From Candidatus Heimdallarchaeota archaeon (lineage in GTDB: Archaea > Asgardarchaeota > Heimdallarchaeia > Heimdallarchaeales > Heimdallarchaeaceae): 11,883 nucleotides of DNA. The stretch is from NCBI GenBank assembly GCA_021399395.1, contig JAAFKJ010000030.1, positions 1-11,883 of the forward strand, read 5' to 3'. This document shows, in pieces, positions 7,667-11,883 of this stretch. Position numbers and translations under genes: made by a program. Position 1 is the stretch's first letter; each line of letters starts with the position of its first letter. The notes below the pieces were generated by a model that searched no databases, was not told where the DNA came from, and saw only the letters and a program-made list of their open reading frames with translations.

Positions 7667-7740
7667 AGTCAACGAATCCTAAGTTGCATCAACGAAATCT
7701 TTGTAAACCGCCCCACATTTAAGTGTAGTGTAGGAAAAAA

Positions 7741-7839
7741 CTAATTTGTCTCTGTCATGGTTACAGGTTCAAGTCTCAAAACATCTAATTCATCAAGCAA
7801 ATCTTCCTTGGATTCAGAGATACTCTCTTTAGATGCCAT
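7741..7839 (-). CDS. 32-aa acidic small protein of unknown function
   Basis: Hand translation: MASKESISESKEDLLDELDVLRLEPVTMTETN*. TATA-like CTTATTA (7872-7866) lies 27 nt upstream of the ATG, and a T6 run (7740-7735) immediately follows the stop. Confidence 0.45.
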   Translation of the reverse strand: MASKESISESKEDLLDELDVLRLEPVTMTETN

Positions 7840-7879
7840 CTAAGTTATGTAAATGCTCATCTCACTAATAAGGCTTACT

Positions 7880-8221
7880 TCATTTCTTTATCGTGGTTTT
7901 AACAAACTCAATTGATTGCAATATAAGATCCATTTCATCTTCAAAACTTTCTGGATCATCCTTTGTAATAACTACCCATTGTTTCATGTTATTCCCCAAA
8001 GGAGCAAAATGATCAAAACCATCTTCATTTTCAATCAAATTTTCACAGTGTTCCTTTGGTAATTTAATAACCAATCCTGACCCAAATATACTTGCGAAAA
8101 GCTTTCCTTCTACATAATATCCCGGCATACCGAACACCTTACCTGGTTGAACATCAGGGAGTTCTAACAAGAAAGAATCAAAAATTTCTTTTAATTCCTC
8201 ATCATGAGAGAATCTAGACAT
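7880..8221 (-). CDS. TfoX/Sxy N-terminal domain protein
   Basis: GKVFGMPGYYVEGKLFASIFGSGLVIKLP...FAPLGNNMKQWVVI is the TfoX_N/YjbR-like signature. AGGTG at 8235-8231 and TTTTAAG at 8249-8243 lie upstream. Confidence 0.8.
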   Translation of the reverse strand: MSRFSHDEELKEIFDSFLLELPDVQPGKVFGMPGYYVEGKLFASIFGSGLVIKLPKEHCENLIENEDGFDHFAPLGNNMKQWVVITKDDPESFEDEMDLILQSIEFVKTTIKK

Positions 8222-8314
8222 AGATTAACACACCTGTTTTCTCTTAAAAAACTAAGCAAAGGAAAAAACTTAACAAATCTCTTCTTCTGTTTTCCTTTCT
8301 TTTCTCTAACAATC

Positions 8315-8361
8315 TTTAAATAAGCAAGTGAGAAAAAAGAGTTCGGTTAACTTATGGAGGT
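8315..8361 (+). promoter_or_regulatory. TATA box and Shine-Dalgarno of the solute-binding protein gene
   Basis: TTTAAATA at 8315-8322. GGAGGT at 8356-8361, 6 nt before TTG 8368. Confidence 0.65.
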
Positions 8362-8367
8362 ATAAAA

Positions 8368-10134
8368 TTGAAAAGAAAAATCGTTTTGATTACTTTTGTT
8401 AGTTTATTTGTTTCATCTCTTGTTATGATTCAAAATACATCACAAGCAGCGATACCAGAGCTTTTCTCTATTACTTTGCTCTCGCCAAATACACTCCCTG
8501 CTCGTGATCAATGGGCATTACTAATGGAACAACAATTGCCAGAAATAGGTATTGGTGTATCTTTTCATGAATCTACTGGATGGGCCAATATATCTACACG
8601 AACATGGAGCTATCCTTTAATCGAGTATGATTATATTCCAACATATGATGAAGGAGGATATGACATATTCTTTTTAGGTTGGTCTCAGCGTTTTGATTTA
8701 CAACTAAGTGGGATATTTGAGACATCTGCAATAGTTCCAAATGGAGATAATTTTTATCAATATAGTAATCCTATATATGATGCAATTCTAGAAAATTATG
8801 AAGAAGAATATGATCCTGTTCTCCGAACACAATATGCACACCTACTTCAAGCTATTCTTTATGAGGATCTGCCAGCAATATGCATAGTTCATCAAAGTGA
8901 TCTTTTTGGATTCAAAACTGACTTAATTGGGATCAACCCTCTTTTACTCTCTACGGCTAATCAGCGTATAGAAAACTGGTATGACCCAGTCGACCGCATT
9001 ATCACACATGCGGTCCCATATAATTTGGAAGAACAAAATATCTACTCTTTAGATAATTATCCAGATAGGATATGGATGCAAAATGTATATGGTTCATTAT
9101 TCAGTCGAAACCCAATAGATCTAATGTGGGAGCCTAATATAGCAACAGATTGTATTATAACCGATGGAGGGACAAACATGACGGTAACAATTGATCCTAA
9201 TGCTAAATTTAGCAATGGTGATGCAGTTTTAGCAGAGGATGTCAAGTATTCTTATGAGTTACACATGACTCCAGAAGTTGGTTCTAATTTATATGGATAC
9301 TTTAATTCCTGGTTTGGTAACAATGATTCAATCATAGAACATAACTCTAACACTCTAAGTTTTATAATATCTGAGCCCTACAACTTCCCTCTAAGCTTGC
9401 TATCTTATGGGATTATTGATAAGAGCGATGTTGAAGCAAAAATTGCTACTTATGGTTATAATATTTTCGATGAATCACCCTTAACAGGAAATGTTTTAGA
9501 TTCATTGGTGAAATCATGTGGTCCAATGATACTCAACGATTATAATCCTGTCCTCAGTACTGTGCAGCTTCTACCAAATCCATACTGGCATGGGACTACA
9601 GTTGTATTAGACGAATGGAACGAGATTTTCATTTCAGATAAAGTAGGCGCTTTAGAATCTTTAAGTAATGGCACAATCGATATTATGGATGCTCAATATT
9701 TTCCAGTTCTGTCTGATTTCGAGGGTGTTGCAGGAATTGAAGGAATCAAAGTAGACGGGTTTACTGAACAAGGGATGGTCATTAATATGCACCATCCTAT
9801 TCTAGGAACAGGTGAGTTAACACCTTTAGGTACTGCTGAAGCGGCTAAATACGTGAGAAAAGCTATTAGCCATGCAACACCTCGACAAGATATAATTGAC
9901 AATATCCTTTTAGGGTTAGGTTACGAAGGCATTACTCCAGTCACTCCTGGATGTATAGGTTTTGATGATTCTCTACTTCCATATGAGTACAATTTAACCA
10001 TAGCATTAAGCTATATGGAAGCAGCAGGATATGATATAATAGTAGTACCAGAGTTTTCATCAGGTTACTTCATTCTACTTGGCTTCCTCGCTGTAAGTAG
10101 CACAATCATCTTTTATCGAAAGAAGAAACAGTAA
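8368..10134 (+). CDS. ABC transporter substrate-binding protein, family 5 (DppA/OppA-like), circularly permuted, with PEF-CTERM-like anchor
   Basis: Family-5 motifs: PNIATD..ITDGGTNMTVTIDPNAKFSNGDAVLAEDVKYSY, SCGPM, VRKAISHA..RQDII, YEYNLTIALSYMEAAGY, QLPEIGIGV, YDIFFLGW, NFYQYSNPIYD, LQAILYEDLPAI. N-terminal signal peptide, C-terminal VPEF-TM-RKKK. Confidence 0.9.
   Translation: MKRKIVLITFVSLFVSSLVMIQNTSQAAIPELFSITLLSPNTLPARDQWALLMEQQLPEIGIGVSFHESTGWANISTRTWSYPLIEYDYIPTYDEGGYDIFFLGWSQRFDLQLSGIFETSAIVPNGDNFYQYSNPIYDAILENYEEEYDPVLRTQYAHLLQAILYEDLPAICIVHQSDLFGFKTDLIGINPLLLSTANQRIENWYDPVDRIITHAVPYNLEEQNIYSLDNYPDRIWMQNVYGSLFSRNPIDLMWEPNIATDCIITDGGTNMTVTIDPNAKFSNGDAVLAEDVKYSYELHMTPEVGSNLYGYFNSWFGNNDSIIEHNSNTLSFIISEPYNFPLSLLSYGIIDKSDVEAKIATYGYNIFDESPLTGNVLDSLVKSCGPMILNDYNPVLSTVQLLPNPYWHGTTVVLDEWNEIFISDKVGALESLSNGTIDIMDAQYFPVLSDFEGVAGIEGIKVDGFTEQGMVINMHHPILGTGELTPLGTAEAAKYVRKAISHATPRQDIIDNILLGLGYEGITPVTPGCIGFDDSLLPYEYNLTIALSYMEAAGYDIIVVPEFSSGYFILLGFLAVSSTIIFYRKKKQ
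10045..10134 (+). other. PEF-CTERM-like C-terminal sorting signal
   Basis: VPEFSSGYFILLGFLAVSSTIIFYRKKKQ: motif + TM helix + basic cluster. Confidence 0.75.
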
Positions 10135-10135
10135 A

Positions 10136-10165
10136 TTGTTTCTTACTCACTTTTCTTTTTTATTC
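10136..10165 (+). terminator. T-rich terminator after the solute-binding protein gene
   Basis: TTGTTTCTTACTCACTTTTCTTTTTTATTC directly follows the stop. Confidence 0.5.
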
Positions 10166-10231
10166 TAATCTTGTTAAAAAGATGTTATTACTTATACTCA
10201 CGTTAAAAAATTCAAAAAGTAGAAGATTTAC

Positions 10232-10402
10232 ATGTGTCTGAATACTCTGGTTGACAAGTGCGTTGTTTGTGGAAAACAATAAGTTAATACTCACTGGAGC
10301 ACCAAACAGACTTTCTATTGCTAATTCAGATTCTATGATATGAGTTCTGGTAAATCACTTTTACTTCTATCATTTATCTTCTCTGCTCTCCAAAAGAATT
10401 GA
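10232..10402 (+). pseudogene. Decayed Cys-finger (TRASH/treble-clef-like) membrane protein remnant
   Basis: One frame reads MCLNTLVDKCVVCGKQ*VNTHWSTKQTFYC*FRFYDMSSGKSLLLLSFIFSALQKN*, with TAA at 10280 and 10322. Confidence 0.4.
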
Positions 10403-10416
10403 TTGAAGGAAAAAGA

Positions 10417-11883
10417 TCAAGCTCTACTCAATACAGCTCTGTTTCTTGCTCTGAATGATAAGCGACTAATCATTGGGAATAATAATCTTAAAGTTCTTTT
10501 TCCTGCATTAAATCTGTTCATGATATATTTTGCAGTGTTTATACCTGAGAAGAAATTGGGTGGCACACCCGCGCCTGAAGTATTAGCTCCTGCTAAAACT
10601 AGTTTTCTTATTGGAGTTTTCTTTCCAACTTTTTGTGACCCTTCTCTTGGACCATACCAAGCACCTTGAGTATTCAAAGAAAATCTTTCGAAAGTCAAGG
10701 GAGTTGAAATCAGTTTAACATCTATATGTTTGGATAGGTCTGGAATTATGTTTTCTGCTAGTTTGATAAGCTTGTCAGCATACTTCTCTTTTGTTTCTTC
10801 ATAGGATTCTCTGTCAGAACTGTTCCACTTATTTTCCCAACCATATGGAGCAAATGAAAGGAGAATGACTGAAGATTTGCCATCTTTTGAAAGATCGGGA
10901 TCTATCTTTGATGGAATTCTGATCAGTACTTCTTTTGGATCATACTTTCCACCCAAAATGTCTCGGATATACCTATCAGCTTCAAGATTGTAAGCCATAT
11001 GAGAAGGATAGCCTTTGAGTTCTTTATCTAAACCTAAGAAAACAGAAAATCCAGAAACTGATTGGTTCTTCTTAGCAACCTTAACCAAATATCTATTGGG
11101 GAACTTGTTCATTCCAACATATTCGAAAACGGTTCTCTTCAAATCAGCATTGGAAATAATCCATTTTGCGTTTATTCGAGTTCCATCCTTAAGTTCTACT
11201 CCAACAGCTTTTCTTCGTTTAGTTAAAATCCTAGTAACTTTCTTTCTATACTGGATTTCTCCTCCTCGTTCAACGAAAGAATCTGTAAGTTTCTCTGCAA
11301 GTGCAAACATTCCCCCTTTAGGATAGTAATGCCCATTGAATATAGGATAGAAAAATGTTAATCCAGCTGATACTGCACTTATAGAATCTGAAGGAACACC
11401 TAACCAAAGACAGTAGACAGATAAAACGTCTTTCAGTTGTTCATTTGTGATGAATTTATCAAGGAAATCCTTGTATGAAATCAGAGAATATTTGCGCATA
11501 GTTGGACTGGTTAAACCTATCTTAATTAGTTCTTTAAAGGTAGGATCTAATTGTGTTGTTACATTGGAATTGTAAGCGTGATTTATCTTTCTGAGAACAT
11601 CGAAGAATCGCTCGATTTCCTCTTTGTTTTCAGGATAATTTCTTTTTAATTCTGCTATATATTTATCAGGATTTGCGTGCATTGTTATAGTCTTATCTGG
11701 ATAATGGAGTACTTCAACGGGATCTATGCTAAGAAGATCTAAATTCAGACCTAATCCATCCATCGCCTTTTTAAATACTTGATTCTCTCCGCAAAAAACT
11801 AACCCTTCTGCTCCGGAATCAAAATAATATCCTTTTCTCTTGAATCCACTAATGTATCCACCTGGAGCATAATGTTGTTCAAG
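10417..11883 (-). CDS. Phytoene desaturase / retinol saturase superfamily (COG1233) FAD-dependent oxidoreductase, 5'-partial
   Basis: The frame is open to the window edge and adds LEQHYAPGGYISGFKRKGYYFDSGA (end of the FAD-binding Rossmann motif) before the track's Met. Further motifs: YYPKGGMFALAEKL, AVGVELKDG..INAKWIISNAD, SGFSVFLGLD, STPLTFERFSLNTQGAWYG, TPIRKLVLAG...GAGVP..FFSG. Confidence 0.9.
   Translation of the reverse strand, partial: LEQHYAPGGYISGFKRKGYYFDSGAEGLVFCGENQVFKKAMDGLGLNLDLLSIDPVEVLHYPDKTITMHANPDKYIAELKRNYPENKEEIERFFDVLRKINHAYNSNVTTQLDPTFKELIKIGLTSPTMRKYSLISYKDFLDKFITNEQLKDVLSVYCLWLGVPSDSISAVSAGLTFFYPIFNGHYYPKGGMFALAEKLTDSFVERGGEIQYRKKVTRILTKRRKAVGVELKDGTRINAKWIISNADLKRTVFEYVGMNKFPNRYLVKVAKKNQSVSGFSVFLGLDKELKGYPSHMAYNLEADRYIRDILGGKYDPKEVLIRIPSKIDPDLSKDGKSSVILLSFAPYGWENKWNSSDRESYEETKEKYADKLIKLAENIIPDLSKHIDVKLISTPLTFERFSLNTQGAWYGPREGSQKVGKKTPIRKLVLAGANTSGAGVPPNFFSGINTAKYIMNRFNAGKRTLRLLFPMISRLSFRARNRAVLSRA

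Noticed and set aside
6345-7682. Plus-strand ORFs 6345-6533 and 7476-7682
   Set aside because: Antisense shadows of the TPR-rhomboid gene.
7880-8221. TfoX as evidence of a natural competence regulon
   Set aside because: Stand-alone TfoX_N proteins are widespread; there is no C-terminal domain and no competence genes here.
9057-9902. Minus-strand ORFs 9057-9245 and 9693-9902
   Set aside because: Antisense shadows of the solute-binding protein gene.
10144-10294. TACTCAC occurring three times (10144, 10195, 10288) as a possible repeat array or mini-CRISPR
   Set aside because: Only 7 bp, irregular spacing, no longer shared repeat, and no cas genes.
10403-11326. Plus-strand ORFs 10403-10669 and 11015-11326
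   Set aside because: Antisense shadows of the oxidoreductase gene.
10417-11883. Calling the gene crtI or a carotenoid cluster
   Set aside because: Only superfamily-level motifs are visible and there are no crtB/crtY neighbours in the window.

Overview
AT-rich archaeal DNA. TATA boxes lie about 27-30 nt upstream of leaderless starts, and there are GGTG/GGAGG ribosome-binding sites, oligo-T terminators and surface proteins with C-terminal TM+basic anchors. The gene repertoire suggests an Asgard archaeon of the Heimdallarchaeia type (inference, not verified). The window is a patchwork of mostly monocistronic genes: a probably 5'-truncated DUF3160 protein, two GNAT acetyltransferases (one single-domain, one tandem), a membrane zinc-ribbon protein, a DUF998-like membrane protein, a C-terminally anchored acidic surface protein, a DinB fragment, a 7xTPR + rhomboid-fold membrane protein, a TfoX_N protein, an orphan family-5 solute-binding protein and a 5'-truncated phytoene-desaturase-family FAD oxidoreductase. 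There are no RNA genes, CRISPR arrays or mobile elements. The most notable observations are: (1) the TPR-rhomboid appears to lack its catalytic Ser/His, making it a candidate archaeal rhomboid pseudoprotease; (2) the solute-binding protein is circularly permuted and carries a PEF-CTERM-like anchor; (3) three small ORFs (52, 40 and 32 aa) missed by the ORF track have their own expression signals, and one is just a signal peptide fused to an anchor; (4) a decayed Cys-finger pseudogene. All family calls are by-eye motif recognition with no database search.
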